A DNA stretch of 59,864 bases, filler included, from Diploschistes diacapsis (Eukaryota), in the NCBI GenBank assembly GCA_023645945.1. It is 4 parts of 4 records of this genome, joined end to end, with 100 filler letters (N's around TTAATTAATTAA, not from the genome) between each part and the next. Parts side by side here need not be neighbours in the genome. Positions count along the whole stretch, not along the records: positions 45,024 to 59,864 come from JALAIB010000582.1; 3 more parts are not named here. One strand, given 5' to 3'. The stretch's first letter is position 1. Each line of letters begins with the position of its first letter. The position numbers and the translations under genes were made by a program. Under the pieces are notes generated by a model. That model saw nothing but the letters and a program-made list of their open reading frames with translations. It ran no database searches and had not been told where the DNA came from. Positions 46,916-59,864 of this stretch are shown in pieces.

Positions 46916-47938
46916 TCACTGGCTCCCACTCGTTTCAAAATTGGGCTTGTCATAATCATGCCACCGGTACGCCGCACCAGAGTCGTAGTTCATTGCCTCC
47001 TCCTTGGATATATGCCGGTCCTGGTGCCTTCCGTAGGGCTCCCCGTGAGCAGTCGTGAAGTATTTGTGCATCGAAGCGTAGGACACGAGACGCTGTTGCT
47101 CTTCGTCGATCACCTTGTCGACTGTGGCCCGCATAGACGCCGGCCAGCTGTTCGTCTTGTCTTGGTAGGCTCGAATGTACCGCTGCCAGGTCTTTACTGC
47201 ATCGCTCAGGACGCCTATACGTCTCTTGCAGAAACTCTGCGACGGCTCCTTGTTTTCACTCCTGATCGTACGTAATTCTTCTTCGAGTTTGGTCAGCTGG
47301 TTATCGATTTCGTCCTTGCGTTCGCTCCAAAAGTCGTAAGCCGCCCGCTTTTGGATCGCTTCTACTTGGGGGTTGATCACGGTCCGCTTGGCTGCCTGAG
47401 TCAGAAACATGCCGAGCAAGTATTCAAGTGCTTTTTAGCCTACTAGTGTTGGGAGGAGCGCTAATTTCCTGGAGGTCTGAAGCCAGACTTGAAGCCTTAG
47501 AGGAGCTTTCCGCGGACGGGGAAGTCATCATATTGTACTGAATGGGAGTCGGAGTAGGTGAACTTCCTAGGTTTGGTGTCAGCTTTCTCTTATAACAACG
47601 ATTCAGCATAGGACTGCAATACTTTTTATGGTTTGTGTTTGACCCGCTGGTTGCAGACGCTCTGACCTCCGAAGATTTTTTGTACCACTAATCTGAGTAT
47701 TGGCAGTCTGATCCGCAGTCATACTATCGTCCTGCCCCTCCAGATCATCGTGCTCTGTGTCTTCATCCAAAGGGTCCGAGCGCTTCAGATGGCGACGTTG
47801 CTGGCGTTCTAGCCGGTCATTGGTCTCCCACTTTGGTGCAGACTGTATATCAGCTCTAGTACCTCTCCGCTTGCGGCCGCCAGGTCCCACTATGGTAATG
47901 CTCTCGGACGAGTCTGAGCGTGCTGATGATCGAGACAT
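46916..47938 (-). CDS. Orphan hypothetical protein (3 exons)
   Basis: Three adjacent minus-strand ORFs join in frame through two GT...CTGAC...AG introns (about 47566-47622 and 47393-47443). Basic NLS-like GRKRRG and a predicted helical C-terminus. Confidence 0.6.
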
Positions 47939-48207
47939 AGTGGCAAGCGAAAACCTGGATGCTTCGAAGAAGATAGAACCTGTTAACAAAGATATTGTGT
48001 AACTTAAAAATTGGCAATGAAGCTAAGGACAGAGAAGTCCAGACGACACCAGCAGACTGGAGTTCAAGCGAGGGCATAAGCTTGTATCCGATGCTGTTAA
48101 AATGCTCGTAAACACCTTAGTGCTAAGCCTGAATCAAGTTTGTGTTCATAATGTGTTGTGTATAAGACTTCAGTGCTCCCACGAGAGGGCTAATATAGAG
48201 TCGGAAG

Positions 48208-49968
48208 TTACCAAGCACCAGCTACCATTGCTGCCACCTCAGCAACGCGCGCTGTATCGCTCCTGTCCTGCTTGCCAACATCGCTGTGAACTTCTCTGAA
48301 GCTTGTTCGGATTAGTCCTTCCGGATTGAGGCCTGTGAGATCTCCCCAATGTCTTAATACAGTCTTGATTCTCGTGACCGAAACACCATTGATAGACCCC
48401 GAGTCCTCTTCACGAAATTCAAGCTTTTGGCCTTCGTTATTTTGACTTTCCTCCATCGAATAATATGCCTCATCAACCAATGCGAGCCAATCTTTTTGGG
48501 ACGAAAGATCTTGCTTCTGACCCTGCAGAGTTCCAAGATCGTCCAATTTGATCTGACCACCTCCATTGGTACAACCTCCAGGACAAGCCATGACTTCCAC
48601 ATAGGCATAGTCACTGCTTCCATTTTTGCTGCCCAAATTTTGGTGTGTACTCGTGATTTTTCGCCCGAGCCTGCTTGTTTTGGCCGGTCTCAGCTTCCTC
48701 ACAAGGTTCTGGATGTTTTTGAAACCATAGCAGCGAGAAGCCCGAAACAGAACTTCGTCGCCCCTAACGATTGTGTAGTCAACAACATCCGCGTTGCGAC
48801 CCCGTTGACTTCGAATTTCACTTCCAGGATGCATCGACTGCTGCGTACGAAGAACTTGATACAGAAAGCCGCCTGATGATCCAGCTTCTGGTTTTTGGGC
48901 AGACTCCTTTCGGCGCAGATCGTTTGAGGGGAACAAGAATTGAGCAATCTTCGGATCGGGAAAAGCTTTTGCGAGATCAGCCTCAAGAGACTTCTTCGAA
49001 AGATTGGGAAAACTGATGCCACGGCTATCTGCCAGCATCAATATCTCACGCGCCGTGATCACACAATCCACGTCTCTGACTGGGGTCCGCACCACGTCAG
49101 GTGCTGATTCTATCCGCCAGCTAGAATCCGTGAGCTCCTCGCGGGATGCCTCAAGTTTTTTGTCGAAGCAAGGCATAACTGCAAGGTGCCAAATCTGATC
49201 TGGGCTGATTCCTAAACGAGTTGATAGAACGGTTTTCAGGAGAGTTCCGGTCAGCGCTTGCGGAGACTTGATGCGAGACAAATGTGGTAGAATATGAGGA
49301 TCTTTCTTCTCAGCATAACAGACCCAGCCAGGACAAGCCGAGGCCAAGACAGGCTTTTTCACAGACATGGATTGGCCTGGTGCGAGGACGTTAGACACCT
49401 CTTCGGAGCCCATGACAAGCGCCACCTCTCTCATAGCATTGGTGTCCACAACAAAAGAGAAGCTGCTTCCGTACTTGCCTCCAGTTGCAAGTCCACCAGG
49501 ACCGCTAAGCAACTGATCTATCATCCATCCGGCTTCTCTTTCAGAGGTACCGTAAGTTGCAGCCAGACTAGCTCTTACCTGGGGGCTGACACTGGCGACA
49601 AAGATCTTGGGCTTCTCCTTGATACCATTTGTACGTAAAGCGTCACTATCACGAGAGGCGCCTTCGCGTAAAGTTTGAATACCTTCTATTGATATGGAAG
49701 GATAAGCATCGAGCGCGTTGAGTACCTCTGCATGAGACTGAAGAGATACGAGGACAGCCTCAGCAGAAGTAACACAGCCAGAACATGCAAGGCAGTCTGT
49801 CAGAGAAATCTGGGCCGGTGGTGCTTCTGCCACAACCTTCTCTTCTGTAGTTACCTCGTAAACGTTTTGTGTAGGTTGTTGCGCCGGTAAAGTTTCGACT
49901 GGCTTGATGCATGCTACGCCAGGTGAGATGAAATCATTCAAGTCATCCGCCGAAAGTATGGCGCTCAT
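48208..49968 (-). CDS. NAR1: Cytosolic Fe-S cluster assembly factor (iron-only hydrogenase-like)
   Basis: [77 protein letters not shown] and a C-terminal W. Confidence 0.97.
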   Translation of the reverse strand: MSAILSADDLNDFISPGVACIKPVETLPAQQPTQNVYEVTTEEKVVAEAPPAQISLTDCLACSGCVTSAEAVLVSLQSHAEVLNALDAYPSISIEGIQTLREGASRDSDALRTNGIKEKPKIFVASVSPQVRASLAATYGTSEREAGWMIDQLLSGPGGLATGGKYGSSFSFVVDTNAMREVALVMGSEEVSNVLAPGQSMSVKKPVLASACPGWVCYAEKKDPHILPHLSRIKSPQALTGTLLKTVLSTRLGISPDQIWHLAVMPCFDKKLEASREELTDSSWRIESAPDVVRTPVRDVDCVITAREILMLADSRGISFPNLSKKSLEADLAKAFPDPKIAQFLFPSNDLRRKESAQKPEAGSSGGFLYQVLRTQQSMHPGSEIRSQRGRNADVVDYTIVRGDEVLFRASRCYGFKNIQNLVRKLRPAKTSRLGRKITSTHQNLGSKNGSSDYAYVEVMACPGGCTNGGGQIKLDDLGTLQGQKQDLSSQKDWLALVDEAYYSMEESQNNEGQKLEFREEDSGSINGVSVTRIKTVLRHWGDLTGLNPEGLIRTSFREVHSDVGKQDRSDTARVAEVAAMVAGAW

Positions 49969-50416
49969 AACTGTAGATGAGGAGCAACACGTTATGACTG
50001 GAATATACACGTAGAAGGGAGGATTAAAGAATTGACATTTTATACCTCTGGACTAGGTAGTTCGACGTCTGTATGTAATCATACGCCACCTTAGCTAAGC
50101 ATGGACCGCCGTCGGGACAAGAGCCTCTCGCTTCGCAAACCAATCGCTTTTCGTTCTGGGCAAGTGGCTACTAGGTGGTGCAGGGGTACCTCTAGACATG
50201 GGCAAGCAGGGGCGTCAACTTTCTACCTAGGACAGTTAGCTCTATGTTCTTGTAGGTGTGAGATTGTCTGCTCTCTGTGTGGCACTGTTTGTTGTTTTCG
50301 TGTCAAGATGTACTGATTGACCTCTCTGTCCCTTTGCGCTAAGAGCCGACTTCTGCCCACTGGCATATCTATACCTATCAAATTTCTAGCTCCACACGAA
50401 GTCTTAGCAGGTCAAG

Positions 50417-53028
50417 ATGCCGCCAACTCTGGCCTCGAAAGATTTGGGCTCGAAAGAGCGATCGCTTTTCCAACAAGTCATTAAGAACTATGAGAGCAAG
50501 CAATATAAGAAAGGTAGGGCATTGCGCTTCGGTGCTAGTAAGCCGCTGACATTCGTCAGGTTTGAAGGCGGCCGACACCGTTCTCAAGAAGCACCCAGAC
50601 CATGCAGACACTCAGGCGATGAAAGCCTTGATACTGAATTCGCAAGGACACCGAGATGAAGCCTTTTATTTGGCAAAGCAAGCCCTTAAATGCGATATGA
50701 AATCCCATATCTGCTGGCACGTCTATGGCTTGCTTTACAAGGACGCCAAAAAATTTGAAGAGTCATTGAAAGCTTATAGGTTCGCATTGAAGATAGAGCC
50801 CGATTCTCTCCAGATTCAGAGAGATCTGGCGAATCTGCAGATGCAGATGAGAGACTACCCTGGCTACGTTCAAAGTCGACGTACGATGCTGCAAGGTCGT
50901 CCTGGGTTGCGGATGAATTGGACAGCTTTGGCTGTTGCGCAGCACCTTGGGGGAGATATGGAAGGTGCAGAAAACACTCTAGTCCTTTACGAAGAGAGCT
51001 TGAAAACCCCGCCTCCGAAAAGCGACACCGAACATCAGCAAGCGATCCTCTACAAAAACATGATCATTGCCGAGACGGGTCAGACCGAGAGAGCTCTGGA
51101 CCATCTCAATGCTATCGCAAAACAAGTCTATGACAAACAGCTTGTGATGGAATTAAGAGCCCAGTATCTCTTGAAGCTTGACCGGAAAAGTGAAGCGGAG
51201 CAGGCATATCGAGCGTTATTGCGGCGGAATCAGGAGAACAAGGCATACTATGAAGGACTCCAAGCTGCAGTGGGAATACCAGACTCGGACACTCAAGCTC
51301 TTCAGTCTCTGTATGCCAGCTGTTCGGAGCAGTATCCCAAAAGCGACGCGCCGCGACGGATACCGCTCAGCTTTCTTACAGGCGAGGACTTCCGGAAAGC
51401 AGCCGATGACTATCTGCGGCGCATGCTGGGAAAAGGTGTGCCATCTACGTTCAACAATATCAAGGCCCTGTATTCAGACAGGTCAAAACAAGAAATTATC
51501 CAAGAATTAGCTGAAGGTTATCATAAAAATCCGGTCCTTAGTACAGAGAATGGCGACAGTGAAACCGACCCAGCTAAGGAATCAGCAAACTTTGGAACCT
51601 CGGTACTCTTCTTTCTAGCGCAGCATTACAACTACCACAAAAGTCGTGATTTATCTAAAGCCATGGAGTATATTGGGAAAGCAATAGAACAGGACGCTCG
51701 ATCTGTAGACTTCCAAATGACCAAAGCTAGAATATTGAAACACGAAGGGAATGTACAAAAAGCCGCTGAGGTTATGGACTACGCACGCTCGCTTGATGAG
51801 CGGGACAGGTACATAAACACCAAAGCAGCAAAGTACCAATTAAGGAACAACGAGAATGAGAAAGCTTTGGGAACAATGAGCAAGTTCACCAGGCAAGAGG
51901 CGACCGGAGGACCTTTAGGTGACCTGATAGAAATGCAGTCAATCTGGTTTCTTACAGAAGATGGAGAATCTTATATTCGCCAAAACAAACTTGGCCTTGC
52001 TCTTAAGCGGTTCCACTCAATCTACAACGTGTTTGACCTGTGGCAAGAAGATCAGTTTGACTTCCATAACTTTTCTCTACGGAAAGGCCTGATCCGGCCA
52101 TACGTTGATATGGTCCGATGGGAGGATCACCTTCGAGACCATCCTTTCTACTCCAGAGCATCGATAGCTGCCACAAAGGCCTATCTCTTCTTGCATGACA
52201 AACCGGATGCAGCTCGTGGAAATTTAGCGAACGGCATCAATGGAGATCACACAGATGCGAACCAGAGGAAGAAAGCGGCACGCAAGGCAAGAAGAGCGCA
52301 GGAAAAGCAAGAGCAACTGGAAGCGGAAAAGAAAGCCTCGAAGCAGACAGCTGGCGGAGCAGAGGTTGACCCAAAGAAGGAAGACAAGGATCCAGAAGGA
52401 AAGCAACTTCTCGAAACCCAGGAACCCCTCAAAGATTCCTTGAAATTCCTGTTGCCCATGCTGGAGAGCAGCCCGAAAAGCTTGGAAGCGCAGAAGGTTG
52501 GGTTCGAGGTCTTCCTCCGGAGGCGTATGTACAATTTCGTTGATTTGGGAGTTTTGAGGCAAAAGCTAACATCCCACAGAAAAATATCTTCCAGCCCTCC
52601 GTTGCCTACTCGCCACCAAGTTTATCGCGCCCGCCTCTCCCACGTACCACAGCCAACTCCTCCGCCTACAGCACGCTTTGCAACACACTTCGTCTCCTCT
52701 TCCTCCAAAAGTGTCCGAGGTTTTTGACTCCGAGTTCAAGCCCCTCCTACCGAACGCAAGCCCCGATGTCAAGTCCCTGAACGACGACTACCTCGCGAAG
52801 AATACGGATGCCGCAGCCGTGTTCGCAGGAGCCGAGGTACGGCACGCCCTAGACCCCGGTAATACTGAGCAGATCAAGAACGATCTCGCCAAGGTCCTCG
52901 GCCAGAACTCGACGAGCCTAGAAGACGCGCAGCAGGGTCTGGAGATGCTGCGGTACTGGGACCTACCAGCTGCGGATTACCTGGCGGCTGCGCACAAGAG
53001 GTGGCCCGAAGCCACAGTATTTGCTTAA
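50417..53028 (+). CDS. NAT1: NatA N-terminal acetyltransferase auxiliary subunit (3 exons)
   Basis: NYESKQYKKG, SHICWHVYG, TPR repeats, DRYINTK and EDQFDFHNFSLRKG. Introns at 50514-50559 and 52525-52579. Confidence 0.96.
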
Positions 53029-55354
53029 GCCGCATGCGATAAGAGCGGAAGAAGGGTGTCAGGGCGATATATGGATCAGAGAGACAGGCACTGAGAGCTT
53101 ATAGAGGTAAAGAAAGGGGCTAGCCAGGTAGGATCGATGGGCGTCTTCTCTATATGGTCGTCGTTTAGCGCTGCGGTGCGGTGCGGTGCGGTGCGGTGCG
53201 GGTGTAGTGTAAGCTAGTTAGTTACAATCTTGAAGATGTGGATGTACATAGACCATGCGCCCAACGAGATCGATCATGAACCCCTTCCAAGTTTTGTTCG
53301 TTCGTGGGTCCTGGACTCTTGTGCTACGGGGCCCTACGGAAGTACTATAATATAACATACCCCCCGGTGCGTGGGATGTCGTGGTTTTCTGGAGGATTGG
53401 CTCGGCTTGATCAAGGCACTTAGAGATAGCTGCCATATCGCATTAATACATAGCCAGTGTTAGTACTCATGGTAGGTACGGTCTTCAGCGCACTTATCTA
53501 GCTGCTAGCGTGCCATGCTTCTTCAGGGGAATCGATGCTGGAGGGGCTGGGCTGTACGCTTGCACCATAAACGGGGCTCGGGTACTGCCGGTCCGCCCAC
53601 GTTTGACTCAGGCGAAAATATACCCGTACCTGCCAAGCCGTGAAGAGTTCCCATGACAATTCGTCTGCATCTTATCATCCCCATGATACGAGCCACACTG
53701 CGTCGCAAGCCTACACGCTCCGATGCATGCATCGATGTAGATCAAAAAGAGATGTATTCAAAAACACATGGAGACAACTTGTGTACTGTCAAATGACTTG
53801 GAGAACACGAACAACTTGAGGAAACACACATGCAAATCTGTGTGGGATCTAACTTGGCGTGTATGCAAATTAACTGTCAGCCCTACAAAGTTGATATGGG
53901 AGAGCGCAGGAAGTCGAGCACTAGAGAGGCTGATCTGCACATAGGGGACGCAAAGAAACGTTTTTCTTACTCCTCAGCTATCGTTGTGGGTGTCATGTCC
54001 TTTCGCTTATGATAGGCAAGGAAACAAGCTGGTTGCCCGTGGTGCGTGCATTCATGCAGATCGAAGCAGGAGAAGCAGTGGTTGTTCAGTGCGGAATTGC
54101 GTGCTCTTCGTGCCTTCCCGAGGGGCGGCGGAATCCTTCGACCACCGACATTGTTCTAATCTCAATTGCATGAGCTTCAGCAGACACCGACCTGAATCTG
54201 CATGGGATTCTGGATTCACTCCATTGTACGTTGTGCGTTGTGCGTTGTCATTGTGCGTTGTGCATTGTGCATTGACTCACTTTGTAGGTCGTATATTATT
54301 ACTTGGACCATTTTGACGTTTAGAAACCAGGGTTGTGTCGCCGAGTCGCCGCTGGAAGATCGACAGATGCAGCTCGCTTAAAGATCAGTCCGTAAAGGGA
54401 GAAAATACAGTAGGCACTAGTACGGCAGCGATATCTTAGTGATAACTTAGTCTTTCCGATTGACTGTTCTGATTCTTAGGAGAGGTGTCCGGAAAAACTT
54501 GCTCTTGCTGTAGGTGTAAATTGACTTCGTATTGGAGCGCAACCCTCCATCTTTTTGGTAAGAATAACAGCCTCACAGGGCCCACAACCGTCAGAGGGCT
54601 AGCCTCTATCGCAATGTTTCATCCTAGGTATATCGAATCTCCACCATTAACATTCAAAAGATACTGGCCCGGCGAGAGTGATCAACATGTCCTATTATTG
54701 TGCTGGAGTGGCAAGAGGCGCCACCCCTCCCTCTCGCTTCACGATCCCCGTTTCCACCTAGCCTTTCTCGCCTATGCTAGACTAAGACTTCGACCGAGGA
54801 TATCAGAGCCTGTCACATCTGTACCGGTTTAGCCGTTGTTAAGCTTCCTTTCTACACCAAGGTGGAGAGATGCAATATTCTACCCCCGGACAGTAAGGAA
54901 ACGCCCAGAAGTGCGTGTGCTGAAGTCGGAAAAGTAACATCAGCCGGCAGTGTCTGTCCAATAGGACGGGTTTCCTTGTGTAGCTGCAGTGCTGAGCTCC
55001 CGTCGATAGTAATCTAGAATGGCTCTATCGAAGCCTGTAAAGACGGGGCATTAAGCGGCGCAGTAATAATAAACGAATCTGGCGGAGCATACCAGTGAAG
55101 GAGCCTACTAACTGCTTTAGTGCTCGATTTCATTCCCCCGACCACAAGTCTTAGGCCGACCAAAGGCCTTGCAACAGTAGAACGATTGATGATGCAGTAG
55201 TAACAATGGTAGACTCAAGCTTCTCTCCATGGCGCAGTAGTGTGACTACGTCCATCAAAGAACACTGCATCGACAACATCAGAAACAATATCCACATACA
55301 TATACATCCCCACGTGGAACTGCAAGAAGAAAATGTTCACCAGAGAATCAAGTC

Positions 55355-57420
55355 ATGCCGGATTTTCCTTTAAACTCCGGGCGCCCCAGGGCTGGCACTC
55401 GCCCGGGGAGCTCACCATCACCTCCGCCTGCAAGTTCTCTCTCACGAGTCGGCCTGACACTTCCACCTCTCCGTAATCTCAGTGCATCTGCTCAGGATTC
55501 CTATCGAGAACGTCCTCGGCCTCCTCCAGCGACGCATCATCAGATTCCCCCTATATTGCCGCACAGTACACCGCAAAATCACCCCCCATATTCTCAAGGC
55601 GCGATGGGATCGCCCTTGCCTCCGCCAGGCGCGCCGCCGATGCAGCAGATGCCGCAGTTCTACCAACAAGGTCATCCGATAGGACCTCCGCCTCCTCACC
55701 TATCGATATCACAGGATCCCAACGGTCATGGAATGCGATACGCCTTGCCAGTAGCCCCCGACACTAGGTTGCTTTCTGGTGGAAGACACAAGAAGGAGAT
55801 CAAGCGCAGAACCAAGACAGGTTGCTTGACATGTCGGAAGCGTCGCATCAAGGTAAGAACGGAGCACAAAAAGCGCGTCGATGACTACCAGGAAGGCATG
55901 GATCGTCTTCAACACGGATTGTAGTTGTTTGTTTTAGGGATACCCTTCTCGCTTAAGCCGGCCTTTCCTCGCCTGTATCTCGAACCGAATCAACACAAAT
56001 CCACATTAACTCACTCACCCTTTTACACTTTCTGGTGCATCCAATCTGGTAAACTGTCACTAACTTTCCCTGCTTTGCTTGATAGTGCGACGAAGGCCAT
56101 CCCACCTGCAGAAACTGTCAAAAGTCAAAAAGGGAGTGTCTCGGCTACGATCCTATCTTTAAATCTCAAGCCGGGCCTGCGGCAATTCAGCCTGCACCGA
56201 ACAGTACATCCACGACGCAGCCTCCAACAACTATGGCGATGCCATATCCACAACCTCCAGCAGGTGGGTTGATAAGCAAAGGAATGTTATTTATAACCCA
56301 GTGTTAATCGCAAAAGGCTCCGGAGCTGGGGCTCCTTCACCCTTCGACTATGCCAGCGCCATCGATCCCGCTCTCGAGGCAACGACTGCACAGCAACTCG
56401 CGACCGAAAATAGAGTAGCAGGTCAGGGTGCGGCCGTGACACTTGAGCCCGCGAACAATTAGCTGACGCGCATGAGCAGTATCGCCGGTCAAGATAGAGG
56501 ATATTCTCAACGTTGGCTCGGGAATACCGCCGCCGGCCATCACTACTGCCTCTACAACCGATGATCAGCAACGGAGCGCAATCAAAGAATTGTACAACAG
56601 CGTATATGCGCCCGGTCTAGACAAATTCCTGGAATCCAAATGGTTCACCAATCGCGGCCTGATACATTTACTTAACAACCCACTACTGTGCGAGCAATAC
56701 AAGGTCTTGCTCTCTCGGTTCCATATTACAGCTTCAACAGACTATCAAGCCAACCTGGTCACTCAGAGCCTCGAAGCCCACCTTGTCTGGGATACTTTTT
56801 TGCTGGCCCGTCAAGTCTCCGCTTCCATCAATACCACCAATGATCCGAACGCCACTGTCGAGATCAACGAGGGTGTACACGAGGCTGCGAAGAGGATCGA
56901 GGTCTTCGAGGCGCTGGTCACGAACCAAAAACTTGACCCTGCAGACGCAATAACCGATTCGCAAGACCAAGAGCAACCAGCAGTCGCACAGTCTGGAACG
57001 CAGAAACCGGCGCTAAACGATCAGCTACGGAGCCGGGAGCGTGAATTTTGGCGGAACACGTCTAAGTTTTGCACGCTCAAGGATGACTCGAAGCCATCCG
57101 CAGAGAATCCGAATGAAGAGATCGAGAAGGTTCTGAGGGAATTGCGGGTTCTCCTCGATAGTCGCGAGAACCGTGATATCATATACAGCATCGCGATTGC
57201 GCGGCATGTTGGACATCAGCTGGCCGAGAAGGCCGCGGCTGTAGGAGATAAAGGGCAATCTGCAAGCCAGCCGGTGGGGAACGATGAAGAGGATCCTCGA
57301 ACCAAGGTCAGCGTCGCCAGAAGCTTTATTCACGCAGAATCCACCGGCAAAGGAACAACTCAAGTGGCGCAGAGGGTTTGCGGGATGGCAGTTATGGCCT
57401 GGACGAAAGGCCAAAGCTAA
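55355..57420 (+). CDS. Zn(II)2Cys6 binuclear-cluster transcription factor (about 3 exons)
   Basis: KRRTKTGCLTCRKRRIK, intron 55853-56085, CDEGHPTCRNCQKSKRECLGYDP; C-terminal region YAPGLDKFLES...ENRDIIYSIAIAR. Start codon uncertain. Confidence 0.9.
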
Positions 57421-58301
57421 TCCCCTGTGGAATTTTCAGAGCTTTACCAGAAAGCCTTGCCTGGCTATCTCTGAAGCCTTCGGGTACCTTCCTGAGCAGT
57501 AGCAGGTCCCCCGTTGCTAGCTTATGCTTGAACAACTCTCGCTTCGGGCCATAGTTGCTGTGTGTGTCTGCAGCATCCCCATGCGACACCTCACGCCATC
57601 TCTTCGACTTACTTGCTAGAATTTGATACCTATGGTGCTATAAGAGGTACATCTATTCCGAATCATGCGTGGGTGGCTACTCTTTGGCGACTACTTCACT
57701 TCAACCAACATATTTTATTAGAGGCATCTTTAGGGAGGCAACGCTGACACGATTCGATGACTCAAAACGAGCAGTATCTAGATGATGCACTGGTTGCTAA
57801 CGGAGGCTGGACGATTCCAATCCAGGTGCGTGAAGATTGCGAAGGAATAAGGAGTCGCATTGGCGACAGACATATCAAAGAGCAATTGGTGCTTCATCTC
57901 ACACGAAGGAGCAATGAAGGGATGTATCTAGCTACCCAATATCGCTTGCAATGGAACTTGTGTAGAGGAGCAAATTTTTGCTCCTACTCTTGTGTGCGTG
58001 CTTGAATAAAACTTCTGTCACTTGTGGGTCTGCCGGCAGGATACCTTGAAGGAAGTCGCAATGGTTCTGCTCAGATCATTGAGAAACTTTATGATTTTTT
58101 CAAAAGGTGAAAAAATATACATATCTGCATACGATCGCTACATTACACCATCAACCATCAAGCATCTATCTACCCACAAAACGGTTCCGACGACCGCTTA
58201 TGATGAACACTTGTTTAACCTAGTTTGGATCCCACCATATATGCGATTCAACATACATCGTGAAGTACCTCCCCGACAAGCTCAAACTAGCATAAACAAT
58301 C

Positions 58302-59402
58302 ATGGCAAAGACCCCCACAACCATAGTCTGCGTCGGCATGGCCGGTCAGTCTTCTTATCCTGTCCCCTGCTTTCTATGACCGATATCGTTACAGGCTCGG
58401 GCAAAACGACCTTCATGCAGCGTATCAACGCCCACCTCCACAGCAAGGGCAGCCGACCATACGTGATAAATCTCGATCCTGCCGTGCGCAGCGTGCCATT
58501 CGACTCCAACATCGACATCCGGGACTCGGTCAACTACAAGGAAGTGATGAAGCAGTACAACCTGGGCCCCAACGGCGGCATCATGACATCGCTCAACCTC
58601 TTCGCGACAAAGGTCGATCAGATCCTCGGGCTGCTGGAGAAGCGCACGGCGCGCGACCCTTCCCAGCCAAACGCCAAGCAGATACAGAACATCATAATCG
58701 ACACGCCCGGGCAGATCGAGGTGTTCGTGTGGAGCGCCTCGGGTGCGATACTGCTGGACAGCCTGGCGAGCAGCTTCCCGACCGTGATCGCATACGTCAT
58801 AGACACGCCGCGCACGGCGTCGACGAGCACCTTCATGAGCAACATGCTGTACGCGTGCAGCATACTGTACAAGACGAAGCTGCCCATGATCCTGGTCTTC
58901 AACAAGGCGGACGTGAAGGATCCGGCCTTCGCCAAGGAATGGATGACCGACTTCGAAGCTTTCCAGGCCGCGCTGAGAGGAGAGGAGGAAAGCGGCTCGT
59001 TCGGCGGGTTCGAGGGAGGGGGCGACGCCGGCGGCAGCGGCTACATGGGGAGCTTGCTGAACAGCATGAGCCTCATGCTGGAAGAATTCTACCGCCATCT
59101 GAGCGTCGTTGGCGTGAGCTCGATGACCGGACAGGGCATCGAGGAGTTCTTCGAGGCCGTAGAGGAGAAGGCGGCGGAGTACGAGAGAGACTACAAGCCG
59201 GAGCTGGAGAGGAGGCGGAAGGAAAGGGCGGAGTCGAAGGAGAAGAGGAGAGAAAAGGAGCTGGGCAAGATGATGCAGGACATGAAAATGGGGGCGTCGT
59301 CGAGAAAAGCGTCGAAGGCGAAGGCGGGGAAGCAAGAAGCCAGTACGCTGAGCGATATGGAATCCGACGATGAAGATGTGACTATGGCACACGGTGATGA
59401 TG

Positions 59403-59435
<33 letters not shown>

Positions 59436-59593
59436 AAGAAGAAGAAGAAGAGGACCAAGATCGAGAGAAGCATGGGCTACAGCAACGGTACAAGAAGGCA
59501 CTTGCGGAGCAAGGCGGTGGTCCGGAACAGACAGCGAACCAGGACGAGGCAAGCTTTGCACGCTATCTGAGGGCCAACAACGTTGGAGCATGA
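58302..59593 (+). CDS. NPA3: GPN-loop GTPase 1 (2 exons)
   Basis: VGMAG-SGKTT P-loop across intron 58345-58394, NLDPAV, LGPNGG (GPN), [14 protein letters not shown] and an acidic tail. Confidence 0.96.
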
Positions 59594-59864
59594 GCATATC
59601 CGGAGCCCTTCGCATGTGGGGGGAAGTGTTCGATGGCGCTGGAAAGGGAACCCGATGAGCGAAGTTTCGGAAGAGCGATTACCAAATGATACCCAGCACA
59701 ACGGCCTTCTGCGCGGTTTATCCCGCCAAAGTATCTCCAAAAAACCCAAATCCGCTTCCCTTCACGCTATGCATCCCCAACCATTTTCACGCCCTCTTAA
59801 CAAACAAACACCATGCACAAACGCCGTAGTATCCACCCCGGCCTTTCCCCCTTCCCCACATCAC

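Noticed and set aside
53218..53436. 72-aa ORF convergent with NAT1
   Set aside because: No motif or supporting signal; it cannot be distinguished from a chance ORF.
58022..58301. Long N-terminal extension of NPA3 in the ORF track
   Set aside because: An artefact of reading through the intron from a non-ATG start. The true start is 58302, in a different frame, and completes the P-loop after splicing.

Overview
This is eukaryotic DNA from a filamentous ascomycete (Pezizomycotina; protein sequences look Eurotiomycete-like, which is an inference). It is gene-dense, with short GT-AG introns carrying CTRAC branch sites. The window is not contiguous. It is four contigs (1-14930, 15031-29953, 30054-44923, 45024-59864) of decreasing length, joined by an artificial N44-TTAATTAATTAA-N44 linker. 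Contig 1 holds a thioredoxin with a C-terminal membrane tail, a hypothetical gene, two SDRs, a stand-alone TenA/thiaminase II, TRM61, CRS1 and SYG1. Contig 2 holds a GH72 GAS/GEL gene divergent from FKS1, then LCB1 and a partial HAD. Contig 3 holds a GFA protein, a small GPI protein, an EI24/RRT8-like gene, DPS1, an NCS1 permease and a tautomerase. Contig 4 holds a partial S/T/P-rich protein, an orphan gene, NAR1, NAT1, a Zn2Cys6 factor and NPA3. I saw no RNA genes, CRISPR arrays or intact transposons, and no clearly new multi-gene system. The most unusual signals are: (i) recurrent GC-rich domains that switch from C-rich to G-rich, affecting synonymous sites and introns; (ii) a small palindromic MITE-like element present on two different contigs; (iii) a dual-start CysRS; (iv) a 45-aa tandem duplication at the AspRS N-terminus; (v) a stand-alone THI20-type TenA; (vi) a thioredoxin with a SelK/SHP-like tail. 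All gene models were spliced by eye and no database searches were run.
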